DNA of 64,000 nucleotides from Octopus vulgaris (Eukaryota), in NCBI GenBank assembly GCA_951406725.2, contig OX597828.1, positions 11,160,001 through 11,224,000 on the forward strand, in the 5' to 3' direction. Position 1 is the stretch's first letter; the number at the start of each line of letters is the position of its first letter. A program made the translations under genes and the position numbers. The notes beneath the pieces were generated by a model. It was not told the origin of the DNA, did not search any database, and was given only the letters and a program-made list of their open reading frames with translations. Shown one piece after another: positions 29,073 to 42,840 of the stretch.

Positions 29073-29284
29073 ATCCCTCGACTATCGTGGGTGTTACGTT
29101 CCAACCGCCCCTCCCCATGTAGGTGAAAATCTGAAAAGTAGAAACAGTACTGTATATTTTTTATTGTTTTTATAACTTCTATATATTTATTTTATTATAA
29201 TTGCAAAACAACACCACGGTGGAATCGACATAAGCTTAAATAATAAACAACGATCGATGAGCCGTGAAATGGCGAGGGACTACT

Positions 29285-29285
<1 letters not shown>
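29068..29285. mobile_element. Tigger/pogo-like MITE
   Basis: TIRs AGTAATCCCTCG ... CGAGGGACTACTG with TA flanks. Confidence 0.75.
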
Positions 29286-29354
<69 letters not shown>

Positions 29355-29393
29355 TTACATCTAAGTAAGTATCTCATTTATTTCTTAACATAT

Positions 29394-29454
29394 TTACCGC
29401 TGATGACGAGAAAATTCTTTATGAATTAACTCAGAAATCGGACCGATTCGGTAA
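29394..29454 (+). ncRNA. Type I hammerhead ribozyme motif (best preserved canonical core)
   Basis: Stem I TTACCG/CGGTAA; CTGATGA 29400-29406; stem II GAG..AATTC-tttat-GAATT..CTC; GAAA 29434-29437; stem III TCGG-a-CCGA; UH = TT. Confidence 0.75.
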
Positions 29455-29598
29455 TAACGGATCTTTTTGAAAATTTCGATCAGTTTGCATCGGGATGCGT
29501 GCGTATAGTGATGAATTACACGTGGTTATTGACGATTTAAAGTCTATTCTCGGCACATTTGGCATTGGAAATTTTTTCCTTTTGCCCTTGTTTATAAG

Positions 29599-29636
<38 letters not shown>

Positions 29637-29662
29637 CTTATAAACAAGGGCAGAAGGAATTT

Positions 29663-29742
29663 AACACACTCACTGGTAAAATTTCCACTTATTTCTTATT
29701 TTTATTTTCCTAAAATTTTCGTTGCGTCTTGCCACCTTCTTT
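29663..29742 (-). repeat. Fragment of the Penelope-type terminal repeat seen at 52486-52705
   Basis: AATTTAACACACTCACTGGTAAAATTTCCAC..TTTTCCTAAAATTTTCGTTGCGTCTTGC matches 52584-52660 in reverse. Confidence 0.75.
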
Positions 29743-29981
29743 GTTTCAGTAAAAAAAAATGAGAAAAAAATGATTTATAAAAGTCTGGAGTGCACAGTCT
29801 GGGTACAATATTTACGGGATGATCACGACAGGGGTGTTTTTGATCACAAATATGGTCAGGGGCAACTTAGAGCTAAAGAATAATGCTACCAGATTATATC
29901 ACAATTTGAAGTGATGGAATTGATAAAAAGTGAGTGTAAGCCGGTTTAAACACAAGTGTATACCCACAATACGAAGTAATT

Positions 29982-30027
<46 letters not shown>

Positions 30028-30814
30028 TTCTTTCTCTCTCTTGCTCTCATTTTCTCTCTCTTTCTCTCATTCAATCTCTCTCTCTTGATCTCTTTCTCTC
30101 TCTTGATCGCTTTCTCTCTCTTGAACTCTTCGTCTCTCTCGCTCATTTGATGTGTCACTCTCTTCCCATCTATAAATGTGCGTCTGTGCGTACGCGTATG
30201 TGTGCGGACAAGCGAGCGGACCATGATAAGAAATGCAGAAAACGTTAATGGTATGTTTAACCTTTACTTATATTCAAGCGTTACCGTTTACAAACTGGGG
30301 TTACATCTTTGTATTGGAGTAAAAAAAATATACAATATGGTGTTTGATACATGTTTGCGACCCCAAATTATTTGGTAACTTGCCTTCGAGTACACTTTAA
30401 TTATGTGTGTGTGTGGGGGGGGTAGTGGCTGTGAACACTGGCATGAAAACCGAAAACCAATGATTTCCAATAAAAGTACCTTGTGTGTGATTTGTTCTGC
30501 ATCGAGTTCTACAGACAATGCCTTATAGATCAAACCGTCAGATATTCAATGAACCAGAGTTTGATCTGTTGGAAACCTGCAAGCAACGACGTTATTGTTC
30601 ATTAATTTCAATATAAAATGAATAACTAAATAATCAATGACCTCATTCTATATCACTGTGTGGTTTTTCTAGGACAGAGAGAACCTATTCTATTTAACAT
30701 AAGAATAGGTTAGTCGTAAGCTTTGCAAACTGTCAAAACATTTGCAAAGAAGGACCACTGAAGACAAAATTGCCATCAATTAGAAACTGCAGAAAAACAT
30801 TATGGTGGAGAATA

Positions 30815-31442
30815 CTGATTTCAAATTTTGGCACAAGGCCAGCACTTTTGGGGAACCTCATTGCTCAGCTGGTACTTAATTTATCGACATCGAAAGGATG
30901 AAAGGTAAAGTCGGCCTCGGCGGAATTTGAACTCTGAACGAGAAGACGGACGAAATGCCGCTAAGCACTTCACCCAGCGTGATTCTTACTTTTTTATTGC
31001 CCACAAGGGGCTAAACATAGAGGGGACAAACAAGGACAGACAAAGGGATTAAGTCGATTACATCGACCCCAGTGCGTAAGTGGTACATAATTTATCGACC
31101 CCGAAAGGATGAAAGGCAAAGTCGACCTCGGCAGAACTTGAACTCAGAACGTTACGGCAGACGAAATACCGCTAAGCATTTCGCCCGGTGTGCTAACGAT
31201 TCTTATTTTTTATTGCCCACAAGGGGCTAAACATACAGGGGACAAACAAAGACAGACAAAGGGATCAAGTCGGTTATATCGACCCCAGTGCGTAACTGGT
31301 ACTTAATTTATCGACCCCGAATGGATGAAAGGATGAAAGGCAAAGTCGACCTCGGTGGAATTTGAACTCAGAACGTAACGGCAGACGAAATACAGCTAAG
31401 CATTCCGCCCGGTGTGCTAACGATTCTGCCAGCTTGCGCCCT
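30815..31442 (-). mobile_element. SINE A array: two long-tail units plus one short-tail unit
   Basis: Three GGATGAAAGG(C/T)AAAGTCG(A/G)CCTCGG cores; junctions at AAGAATC(GTTAG)CAC. Confidence 0.9.
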
Positions 31443-31866
31443 TTATGGTGGAGTATATTGATTATGAACACAGGAGGGTCGTCTGAAGCAACAATAGCAG
31501 CGTTCACAAAGGCAGTAAAAGTCGTAAGAGCAACAACAGTGTCAACAGCAACAATGACAAGAACAAGGGGTACCAGCAGCGGCAACAACAGTAAAAGCGA
31601 CAGCGGCAGCGGCAGCAGGAAGAGTGCAGCTGCAGTGGTGACTGTAGCACAAAGCAACAAAACCAGTAACTTCAGCAACTGCGACAATCGTAACAAGAAA
31701 TAACAGTAGCGACATCAGCAACAGCATTGCCTATCGGTAATATCCGCAACAACGACAAAAGCGTCACATCTTGCAACGGCAACAGAAGCCATAACAGAAA
31801 CATATAACATTAGCGACAACTGCAGCTATTTACTAGCGTCAGCAACGCTTGGACAACAACAGCAAA

Positions 31867-32381
31867 GTGGAGGCGCAATAGCCCAGTGGTTAGGGCAGCG
31901 GTCTCATGGTCGTAAGAACGCGGTTTCGATTCCCAGACCGGGCATTGTGAGTGTTTATTGAGCAAAAACACCAAAGCTCCAAGAGGCTCCGGCGGCGGTG
32001 GGGTGAACCCCGCTGTACTCTTTCACCACAACTTTCTCTCACTCTTTCTTCCTACTTCTCCCACAAAGCAGAGGGACCATGGTGTAACCCACTATGGTGT
32101 GGTAAACTTTCAGACCCTAGTCTAGATTGCGAATCCTCTGTGCCCCAGGATGGTTCAGCTCTTCACCTGTTAAAAAGCCAACGTTTACGGAATGAGGATA
32201 ACAACGTAGCTTTCGCACCAGTGCAACTGCCAGTCCATCGCATGTGGTGGATGGATCTTCAAGTTGCCACACGCATTCTTAGCAGCTTAGAGTAGGTTCG
32301 AATTAGAAATTATTCTTTGTGGCTAATGGTGTGAGTCCTGACTGGAAGAAGAAGAAGAAGAAGAAGAAGAAGAAGAAGAAG

Positions 32382-32413
<32 letters not shown>

Positions 32414-32424
32414 GAAGAAGAAGA
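31867..32424 (+). mobile_element. SINE C head with an alternative 3' tail ending in (GAA)n
   Basis: Matches family C to ACTTTCTCTCACTCTTTCTTCCT (~32052), then unrelated ~290 bp and (GAA)n. Confidence 0.75.
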
Positions 32425-32854
32425 AACTTAATTCTTGCAACAACGGCAACGATGGCAGCTGTAGTTATATTCAAGGGAGTGATGCAGCAAAACTGGTGGT
32501 TTTCTTTAATAAAATGTTTCCATGTAAAATCACCTAAGTTTTGATTGTTATATTTTGTTTGGGGCTTTTTTTTAGTCAGGAAGGAATGTAGAACCCTTGG
32601 ATCTATTGACTCTCTGAGACAGAGCAAAGAGAGTGAGGAAGGTATTAAAATGATGATATTAAACCGAATGACGATTTATATCTTTTGGCACCAAAGCCTG
32701 CAGCTTTAGGGGCGGAATCAATCATAGTGCTCGGTGGAATATGAACTTAGGATGTAACGAGCTGTAAGAAAAGCTGCTAAGGATTTTGTCCGGCGCAGTA
32801 ACGATTACCCCAATTTGCTGCTTTATTTAAACACGTAATATTACTGGTACATAA

Positions 32855-33272
32855 GGGGGCTACCTGGCAGAAACGTTAGCACGCTGGGCGAAATGCTTAG
32901 CGGTATTTTGTCTACCGTTACGCTCTGAGTTCAAATTTTACCGAGGTCGACTTTGCCTTTCATCTTTCAGGTTGGATTAAATAAGTACCAGTTAAGCACT
33001 GGGGTCGGTATAATCGGCTTAATCCGTTTGTCTGTCCTTGTTTGTCCCCTCTATGTTTAGCCCTTTGTGGATAGTAAAGAAATAAGAATCGTTAGCACGC
33101 CGGACAAAATGCTTAGCGTCTTTATGCTCCGTTCAAATTTCGCCAAGGTTGACTTTGCCTTTCATCCTTTCAGAATCGATTAAATAAGTACGAGATGAAC
33201 ACAGGCGTTGCTGTAATCGATTTACCCCTCCTCCGAAATTTGCTGGCTTTGTGCCCAAACCTGAAACCAATA
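32855..33272 (+). mobile_element. SINE A long-tail unit joined to short-tail unit
   Basis: Junction AAAGAAATAAGAATCGTTAGCAC at ~33077-33099. Confidence 0.88.
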
Positions 33273-33530
33273 TTACTGGGACATATTTTAATGTAACGAC
33301 GAAGGTGGTTAGAGAAAATTAATATATTAAGGTCAAACTATATTAAGGACAAAAAACAGGTGGGTGGGGTATCTCTAGTATTGATGCGAGACATCAAAAT
33401 AGACGTCTTGCTAAGTTATTAGCGACGTTAAGGTTGTCACTGGTTAAATTTTACATACCTATTTCGGTCTGTCTCAAGCGGCTTTCATATCTTCTTTGCA
33501 GCAACAGCAAAGAAGATATGAAAAAGAGAG

Positions 33531-33568
<38 letters not shown>

Positions 33569-33750
33569 GGAGAGAGATAAAGAGAGAGAGAGGGAGAGGA
33601 GGAGAGGGAGAGAGCTGTCTATTTCTGTTCTAATTGCTGAATATAATAAAAGTCACATAAGTAATTCTAATTGCCATTTTCTCAGAGAAAGTTCAGCAGA
33701 AATAACCGAATTCATTTAATACTTCGATTATTATTTTATTCTTCTTTTAT

Positions 33751-33792
<42 letters not shown>

Positions 33793-34651
33793 TTAAGTTG
33801 TCGTTGTTGTTGTTATAATTTTTTTAATATAAACTATATTCAGGAATTGAAGAAGACTCTTCTATATTCCGATTTGTTTTCTCTTTCACATGTCACATGC
33901 GATTCGCATGCAGATATGGGAAAGAGAGAAAGAACAAAAGTTGTAAAGAAAACCAGAAGAAAAGACTGAGCTAGTAAATGCTTCGCCATAACACATCTCT
34001 GTGTCAGGTAGTTAAATATAAAATTGGCTTGCGACAGGAAGGGGTGGAAGTTCAAATGAATTATTTCAATATAAATAATCAAAAGAAAGAAGGAAGAAAC
34101 AAACAGAGGAATAAAGAGAGAGAGAGACAGAGAAAGGAAAAGATCTTTGCTCCCGAAACGATATGCTATTGAAAAGAGAATATGAAAGTTGTCAAAAGAA
34201 AATTGAAAACCATTTCGCCATTTGACAGGCTGTAAAATCCAGGCTGTGTCCCACCAAGCTGGTTTTTCTGTCCTGCTACGTTGATGTCAGCAGGCTTGCT
34301 GGGTAGTTCATCAAGAGAGTAGTTTCTTTTCTCTCTTCCAGGCAGCAACAACTTTAGCCACGGGGATTACAACAAATCGAATTGAAAATGGTTATTTCTG
34401 GAAAATTACATATAAGTGGGTGCGTCTGTGCGTGTCTATGCATGTGTATAAGAGAGAGAAAAAGAGTTTGTGTGTGTGTGTGTGTGTGCGTGCGTGTGTG
34501 TATATAAACAAATATGCACGTGTGTATGTGTTTATGTATATGCGTATATGTGCAAATGTATGTGTGTGGATGAAGACCGATATGCGTGTAAATGTTAAAA
34601 TATAGGTATATGTAGATATGTGTGTATGTGTGTGCATGGATACATATGTAA

Positions 34652-34694
<43 letters not shown>

Positions 34695-34769
34695 TAAATT
34701 TACATATGTAATATGTATGTATGTATGTACATATATATATATATATATATATATGAATGTATGTATGTA

Positions 34770-34803
<34 letters not shown>

Positions 34804-35729
34804 CATATATAACATATATATGTGCGTACACAGGCACATACACACATTCCTTACATATACATACATATGTGTACACACTCGTGTTTTTAGGCATGTATCC
34901 ATATTGCAGTTCTTTGGATACCTTACCTGCAACGCGGTGTCGATTAGAATAACTAATAGCTTTTTACCTCAGGTGAAACGAGATCTTATTGATCTTAGCG
35001 TTGCTTCCAATAAGATTGAAAATCGAACTTTGAAGATTCGAGTTATTTATGTGCAAATAATTTTTGAAAACTATTCCTTTAGCTGCCAGGAAATAGCATT
35101 GCATCAGATACATTTTAATCTGAAAACGTTGCTTTTACACGTAACACACAGCCATATTGTTTCTGTATCTGTTATGTTATCACAGGAGAGATTGCTCTAG
35201 ATTTAAAGAAACACAACTCGTTCAATATACCCTCTCCACCCACCTTTTCATTCTTTCTATTCCTATTCTATTCCATTATATAATTGGAAGAAATAGAAAT
35301 ATGTGAAACAATATTAATCAAAATGTTAACGGTTGAAAAAGAAAGGAAATTGTTTCTCTTCAGAAGTGGCCAGTAATTGACTATATTTTCGAACTACTAA
35401 CTATTATAGTTAACAGTATCTAAGAGAAATTCTTTTACTATATGGACCTATTTGTGTCAGTGTATTTCAAAAGCATTTCGTTTTTCGTTTAACTGATTTC
35501 GTTTCATCGTTTAGCTCTTATTATTATTTCGCCCCTGGGTAACTCCGATCAACCAAACTAATGATCAAAGGATTTCAGCTATGATTATCCCGTTTCATTT
35601 TAAAACACTATATCCAGGATTACGTCATTCAATGTCCTTCCTTGTTTTACAATGTTGAGATGTGACTTCATAAGTAATTCGGCTGTTATTTCTAAAATTA
35701 TGTCACAGTTCTACATCGACTGGTAGCTG

Positions 35730-36835
35730 CTAATCAAAACCGAATGAAGATGTTGTATCATCCGTTATAAAGATAACAAATCAAACGAAACCATGAATTA
35801 ACAAAAGGTATCTTGCAAGGGGATGAGATGTCGAGGGGATGGTCTTTGTCCTTGTGTTAAACCCGTTAACATAACAGCTCACAATATGCAGAGTTTATAG
35901 AAATGAATAGCTTGAGTCTAGAAATATATGTCTTTCCTTCACTGAGACTTATTGAATTCGTATCGTTCAAGTATGAACGACTTAAAAAAAGCCAATTAGA
36001 TTCCATTGCTCAATGTTCCACAGAATGAATTTATGGAACTCCATATATAAGTCGAACAAAACTTGTTTACCCGCTCCAAAATCCTATATACGAAAGGCTT
36101 AACAATACAACTGTTTCATCCATATAAGAACTTCAAATATCTTAAACATTAATAAGAGAGAGTAATAAATAAATTCATCAAGAGAGTGAGAGATCAGTTT
36201 AGAAGAACACGCATATTGCTTGTAATAACATTTTAGTGCCTATCCTGACACCTACACTAGGGGTTCTGTACTGGCCACGATAACAACGTAAAGAGATGAA
36301 TGTCAGAACTGAGAAACTCAATGTTACTGGAAATTTCTACAATAATGCAAATGTGGACAGATTATATTTTACCATGAGAGGGGGATTATGACTTTGGATT
36401 TATATCATGGGCAAAAGAGACTTGCATTCAAACACTAAAGAAATACATTTAATGGCGTTATATCAATTTTTCAGCTACCTCATAGAGTTTTGTGAACTCG
36501 AAATTAAAAACTTAATTAATATTGCTAATAAACTGCTTGAGAGACAAGGCGAAATAAGAAAAACACAAATCTATCAGAGAAACGAAGGAAAAATAACCCC
36601 ATTTACTGAGAAGGTTCTTCGTGATACTTGAAATGGAAAAGCTCGAAGTATAGAGATTACAGTACACATAAACAGGCTGGAGTAAAGTTCTGAGAAGTAT
36701 ATAACGTCTCTACATGAAAATTACCAAAATTCAATTCAGAAGCAAGAAATCACTAGTATGTACTATCCGCAAAAATTATAAAAATCACCAATGACAAGAA
36801 ATGTAGGCCACGTAAAACCAAATTGAAGACATTAA
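35730..36835 (+). mobile_element. Highly decayed R4/Dong-like LINE RT region
   Basis: Remnants of QGD..FVLVLNPL, FKYL, LVPILTPTLGVLYW, NANVDRLY motifs in the expected order. Confidence 0.6.
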
Positions 36836-37599
36836 CTACAACAATAACAACCACAACACAGATGATTGATTGACCCACTCTATTTCTTAGTGATAGATAA
36901 ATCGATAAACTATGATTAAACCTTAAATATATGTTTACATTTACTTTTTTTATCAGTAGTGTGTGTTTTAATGCAGATATACGAAACTAAAATATAAACC
37001 AATTTAAAAAATAAGCAGAAAGAATTCAATTTTAAAACAGATATTGCCCCAAATCATTCTAGAAGGCAGCGGCTAAAAGACAACTTGATAGCTCGACATT
37101 AATTATTTGTTAGTGAGGCGATGGGAGGGCGGCTAAAAATGAACAGAATCTATAATTATCATGAAAATGCTAACGAGGTTGTTTCCCTCTTTATCTAATC
37201 ATGTTTTGTCTTTAAACGTTAGCGTTCAGTAAAATATTTTTCCAATGTCAAGAATTTGAACATTGGTGTAATTTTAGTCGTGTGGTTAAGAAATTTGCTT
37301 TACAATAATGTGGTTGCGATATTTATCTTACTGTGCGGATCATTGAGCAACTGTCTTCTAGTATATTACTACTGCTTAGACTTCGGCAATGTCTTTTTGG
37401 TGGTACTAATTATCTAATTATTCTTCCTCTGAAGAAGGAGATGTTTTCTAGCAAAGATACGAAGCTTCATCGTTGGAATGTAGACAACGAAAATAATGTC
37501 ACATTTTATACTTCAGAAAAGTCTTGTATATTTTTACTATTCTACTTACAGCTTGTATTTGTAATGCACGAGTCAGTCGGTTGATTTCCTTTTCTGAAA

Positions 37600-38046
37600 A
37601 CATTAGCTTATCCTCATTATCACTTGGGCATTATTCACAAAATAAAGTACATACAGATGTCGTGCTTTGGTGATATTTTGGGACAGCTGTATATCACATG
37701 CCTGGTGTATTTCACAGCAATATGATATAATCTTCACTTTCGGTTGAATCTTGGAGCTTCAAGGGCTTCATTGTCACATCTGTTTATTAGGTATTTCGTA
37801 GCGATCTCCTCCTATTGGAATGCAAATACATAGCTCTCATTGCAAGATGTGATGTAGCGGTCACAAGTATGTATATATGTATGTATGTCATTTTTCAGTT
37901 TAATTCCAAGATTTCTTGCCAGTAGAGAAAGAGCCGATTTGGTGGAACAAATAATAATTATATAATTAAAACAGAAGAGAATATATATATACATACATAC
38001 ATACATATATACTTCTATTATACTCTTATTCTATGTTTCAGTCCCG

Positions 38047-38108
<62 letters not shown>

Positions 38109-38420
38109 GATTTATTAAATCATTTTTCCTTCGAGAGAAGCCAAATTTCTGCAAATGTTTCCAATTGACAGCAGAACTTCCTCGCATAAATTGTTCTGAG
38201 CAGATTTAATACTTCATGATAAACAATACCTTTCATATTCCACAAACACACGGACGAGCTTGACTAGGTATTTTTTGCGGGTGTAATGGCTTGGGGATGG
38301 ACTCTCCTTTCTCATCATTGTCTTTGTTCGTCGGAAATCATTAGAAATAACTCACGTTTTCTGACATGTGATGATTATATTCAGGAAAGGTTTGGCTGTG
38401 CCTTCTCTTCAATGATGAGC
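37600..38420 (-). mobile_element. Decayed R4/Dong-like LINE fragment interrupted by microsatellites
   Basis: Minus ESYVFAFQ*EEIATKYLI...HVIYSCPK resembles the region around the CCHC knuckle. Confidence 0.5.
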
Positions 38421-38433
38421 AGGGGGCAACACT

Positions 38434-38533
<100 letters not shown>

Positions 38534-38585
38534 AGATATCAGATATATATACATATAATATATATATTTTTATATATTTTTATTT

Positions 38586-38673
38586 ATGCAGCTGAGGATA
38601 GCCCTGCATTTAAATTGAGATAACGATTGCATTTGTCAATTAAATGGAGCCACTTGAAACGGTCGAACTGCAT
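38586..38673 (+). ncRNA. Type I hammerhead motif with mutated cleavage site
   Basis: Stem I ATGCAG/CTGCAT; CTGAGGA; long stem II (CATTTAAATTGA/TCAATTAAATG); GAAA; CGGTCG; UH replaced by AA; insert between (TA)n tracts. Confidence 0.6.
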
Positions 38674-38913
38674 CATCTCTGTATATTCCGTGGCTTATTT
38701 GGAATTTTATTCACCTTATTTAGAAGTTGTACAGATAATACCGCACTAAGTTTTCGTGCTTCAACTTAAGTAACTAATTCACCTGAATCTCAATTATATA
38801 TATATATATGTGTGTTTGTGTGTGTGTGTGTGTGTATCAAATATAATTATATAGGTGCCCCTTATCCCAAACGGTGCCAAAGTTTGCTCACAATCTAATA
38901 ACTGAGAGGAGGA

Positions 38914-38973
<60 letters not shown>

Positions 38974-38977
<4 letters not shown>

Positions 38978-39370
38978 GTATATATAAAACTGAGAATGTC
39001 TGTGTGCATCACTAAAACTCTAAAAGTACCCAACTGCTTTCATTCAAATTTTACACATGCCTTACTTAGGCTCCAGGCAGTGGACACTAAGTAGAGGTCC
39101 ACTGCCAAATGCGATCCCGAGCAATCTCTTATCTCTTGCATAATTTCCGTATTACTTGTCAAAATTGAAACAATCACGTCCCTATTAATATTATATGGGT
39201 TCAATTTCAATAAATAGTAGTAATTCAGAAATCAAAGGAATTACTACTATTTAGCGGTTTGAGTTTAGCTGCTCGTTTTAGTGAGTTGAATGGCCTATTA
39301 AGGCTATTCCTTAATATTATTATTGAATGTACAATATATAGTCAGTTGACTATTTTTTCTTTCTCACTAG
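38974..39370 (+). mobile_element. Possible non-autonomous Helitron-like element
   Basis: Start TCTGTATATATAAAACTGAGAATGTCTGTGTG resembles Helitron-N 5' ends; ends at CTAG without a clear hairpin. Confidence 0.3.
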
Positions 39371-39424
39371 ACCGCTGGTGGCGAAAAAATTTCTATTGAA
39401 TTTTTTGCTACCCTTATATTGATA

Positions 39425-39475
<51 letters not shown>

Positions 39476-39593
39476 ATATGGATATATATATATGGATATA
39501 TGGATATATATATATATATCCATATATATCCATATATATATATCCATATATATATAGATATATATATATCCATATATATCCATATATATATAA

Positions 39594-39639
<46 letters not shown>

Positions 39640-39642
39640 TAG

Positions 39643-39692
39643 CAAAAACTGTCCGACGAACGGGAACGTGAAACTCAGAGTAACAGGTTTTG
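39643..39692 (+). ncRNA. Type I hammerhead motif (single core change U4C)
   Basis: Stem I CAAAAACTGT/ACAGGTTTTG; CCGACGA; stem II ACG-ggaa-CGT; GAAA; stem III CTC-a-GAG; GUA cleavage triplet; 150-bp insert between (TA)n tracts. Confidence 0.75.
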
Positions 39693-39951
39693 TTGAATTT
39701 TCTGCTGCTTTAAATAAAGTATATTACTCTACCACTGGTATTTGAGTACTCTTTTTTCCACCTTGTTTCACATTTATGTGTTTACTCCGGTATATATATA
39801 TATATATATACCACTCAGTATCATCGCATCCGGACGTTAAGAGATGAGGGGTAGATGCTTTATTTTTTCTGTAGTGAATTTTCATTCATGCAAACATAAG
39901 TATGTTAATACAGACAGGCAGACAGACAGACGGACAGACAGACAGACAGAC

Positions 39952-40057
<106 letters not shown>

Positions 40058-40129
40058 TCAAATGAGGATGAATTACTGGTCTGAAACGAAAGCAATTTTT
40101 GCCCAAATAAATGTTTATATAAAGTAATA

Positions 40130-41935
40130 GAGTTCTACTGCGAATACATTGTGAACTTTCATAAATAAAACTTCACAAAGCATGAACGGAAGGACCTAGT
40201 GGACTTACAAGAAAATACGGATATAAGTATCAGAGAAGCCGATAAATTGAGCACTGTCGTCATCGCGGATAGAAACTACTATAAAGACCTAGCACTTGCA
40301 ATGCTAGAGGACAACTATTATATAAAAGCAACCCGCTACAAACAATCGAAAATAATAGAAGACCCCACAACTCTCTAAACAAAAGTATAATAAAGGCTTA
40401 TCTAGTAAAGAAATTGACTATATGTGCCACTTCAAATGCTAAACGAGTATTTCTTATTGTTTACCAAAAGTCTGTAAATGCAAAAGGGTAAGTAAATCCC
40501 CAGCAAGCAAATAAGTACAGTTAACACCTCCGGATGATTTAAAACTGAGACCAATCATAGAAGGCCCGGTATGTGAAACACAGACTGAGCAGCTTCGTAG
40601 ACATCCTCCTAAAAGCCTTCCTAAAACATATACAGAGCTACATACGAGATTAACAAGACATGCTTTTGGAAGCACTCCGTCGGTTACGACGACGAGGGTT
40701 CCGGTTGATCCGAATCAACGGAACAGCCTGCTCGTGAAATTAACGTGTAAGTGGGTGAGCACTCCACAGACACGTGTACCCTTAACGTAGTTCTCGGGGA
40801 TATTCAGCGTGACACAGAGAGTGACAAGGCCAGCCCTTTGAAATACAGGTACAACAGAAACAGGAAGTAAGAGTGAGAGAAAGTTGTGGTGAAAGAGTAC
40901 AGCAGGGATCACCACCATCCCCTGCCGGAGCCTCGTGGAGCTTTTTAGGTGTTTTCGCTCAATAAACACTCACAACGCCCGGTCTGGGAATCGAAACCGC
41001 GATCCTATGACCGCAAGTCCGCTGCCCTAACCACTGGGCCATTGCGCCTCCACAACAAGACATGCTAAATCATCCGCAAAAGCGGTAAATAATCATACAA
41101 TTTTTACTTCATATGATGTTGTCAACTTATACACCAACATTCCCCATAACTATGGAATAACTGCAGTCCATTACTGGTTAAACACCCATCAATCTGAACT
41201 TTCAACACGCATAGAAAAAGAATTTATCATTGACGGGCTCAGATTCATACTTGAAAGCAATTACTTTACCTTCAACGGTTAGGATTACCGCCAAACATCA
41301 AAAACGGCGATGGGTACGAAAGTAGCCCCAACATACGCCAATATGGTCATGGGATTCCACGTACAAGAGATATACAACCAATCTCTTCTAATATTCCGTG
41401 ACACATTCCATAGACAACTCAAAAACATTTGGAAAAGATACCTGGATGATTGTTTTTTATGGCAGGAAAACATTGACAAGCTAACTGAATTTTAAAACAT
41501 GTTAAACAACCTAATATCTAATTCACAATGGAGTTTAACCCCAAAGAATTCGCCTTTCTAGATATCCTAATCACAAACCAATATGTGAAAAATAGATACG
41601 GACATATTCTACAAACCCGCCGACTCCAAACTATACCTTCTTTTTACATCATGTCATCCGAAACACATTAAACCCAACATTCACTTCAACCTGGCAAAAA
41701 TAATTTGTACCATAGTATCAGAACCGTCCAAACGTGAACAAAGACTAGAGGAACTGAAGGAAACACTTTTCCAAAGAGCCTTCCCTCCGGGCATAATCAC
41801 CAACGGAACGAACAAAACAAAAATGATATCGATGAACTTAGGAAAGTATAAAGCAAAAGAAGGTAAAACATCTTACCAGTTGTGTCAACCTTCAGCCCCA
41901 GAAACGCCGGAATATTTGATCACATCCACAACCTT
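40130..41935 (+). mobile_element. Penelope-like retroelement reverse transcriptase, decayed
   Basis: IREADK..VVIAD, LPKV, LRPII, SYDVVNLYTNIPH, NYFTFNG..QTSKTAMGTKVAPTYANMVMG, WKRYLDDCF, FLDI, FYKP..SCHPKH motifs in order. Confidence 0.92.
40665..41053 (-). mobile_element. SINE family C inserted into the Penelope RT
   Basis: Perfect 13-bp TSD AACAAGACATGCT at 40652-40664 and 41054-41066. Confidence 0.95.
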
Positions 41936-42785
41936 GTTTCGCCCCCACATATATGCTAGTATGCATACGTGAGTTTAGTGCGTGTACATGAGCGGACATA
42001 TGTGCAGCGTATGTTTTATCCCCACAATAAACACATTCCTATATTCAGTGATACTTATACAGAGATGTATCTGTTTCTCTGCTCTTCATATGTATACATA
42101 CAAACAAACACACACGCACATATACACACATATATATATTTATATATGCATGCATACATACATGCATACAGACATAAATTTAGAAAGCAGTGACAGTTTG
42201 TTTGTTTTGAAAGGCAGGTAAACAAGCATAAAAAGAAATCTGCGGTCAGAAAAAAAATTCCCTGCTGATCTCGCATTTCCTGGCATATGGCTGCTTTCAT
42301 TAATTACAAGAGAGAGAACCTTAGAAAACAAGGAGTGGGGAGGGGGTCAAAAGAAAGTAAGAAAGAAAGAAAGAAAGTGAGAGAATAAGGAAAAAAAGAA
42401 CAAATGTGAGGTAGATTGAGAATGCAAGAAGCATTGAGAGGAAAACTTGTCTAAGTGTAGGGGTGCTCAGTTTCTGCTTTAAGACAAGAATTTGCCGTAA
42501 GCATCAAGTCACTTCAGATGTTTTTAGTTGGAATGTAGCCAGACGTGTTTTTTTGTTTTTTGTTGTTGTTTTTTGTTTTAATTGAAGGTTCTGTCTATTG
42601 CACCATACCAATGTGATGTTTAACCTTGTCACTATTGTTTTTGTTTGTTTGCTTTTTTGGGCTGTTTTTGATGTTTTTAATTTTCTCATCCTTTGTCTTT
42701 GTGAAAATATTTTTTTATTTAGTAGAAAATGTCGTAGCGTTGAATATATTTATTAACATTATTCTTGTTGTTATTATTATTATTA

Positions 42786-42840
<55 letters not shown>

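Noticed and set aside
30755-30795. CTGAAGA..GAAA-CTGCAG hammerhead-like segment (similar weak cases at 4745, 17884, 23220, 37429, 49478)
   Set aside because: Missing UH or stem I closure, or multiple core mismatches; not distinguishable from chance
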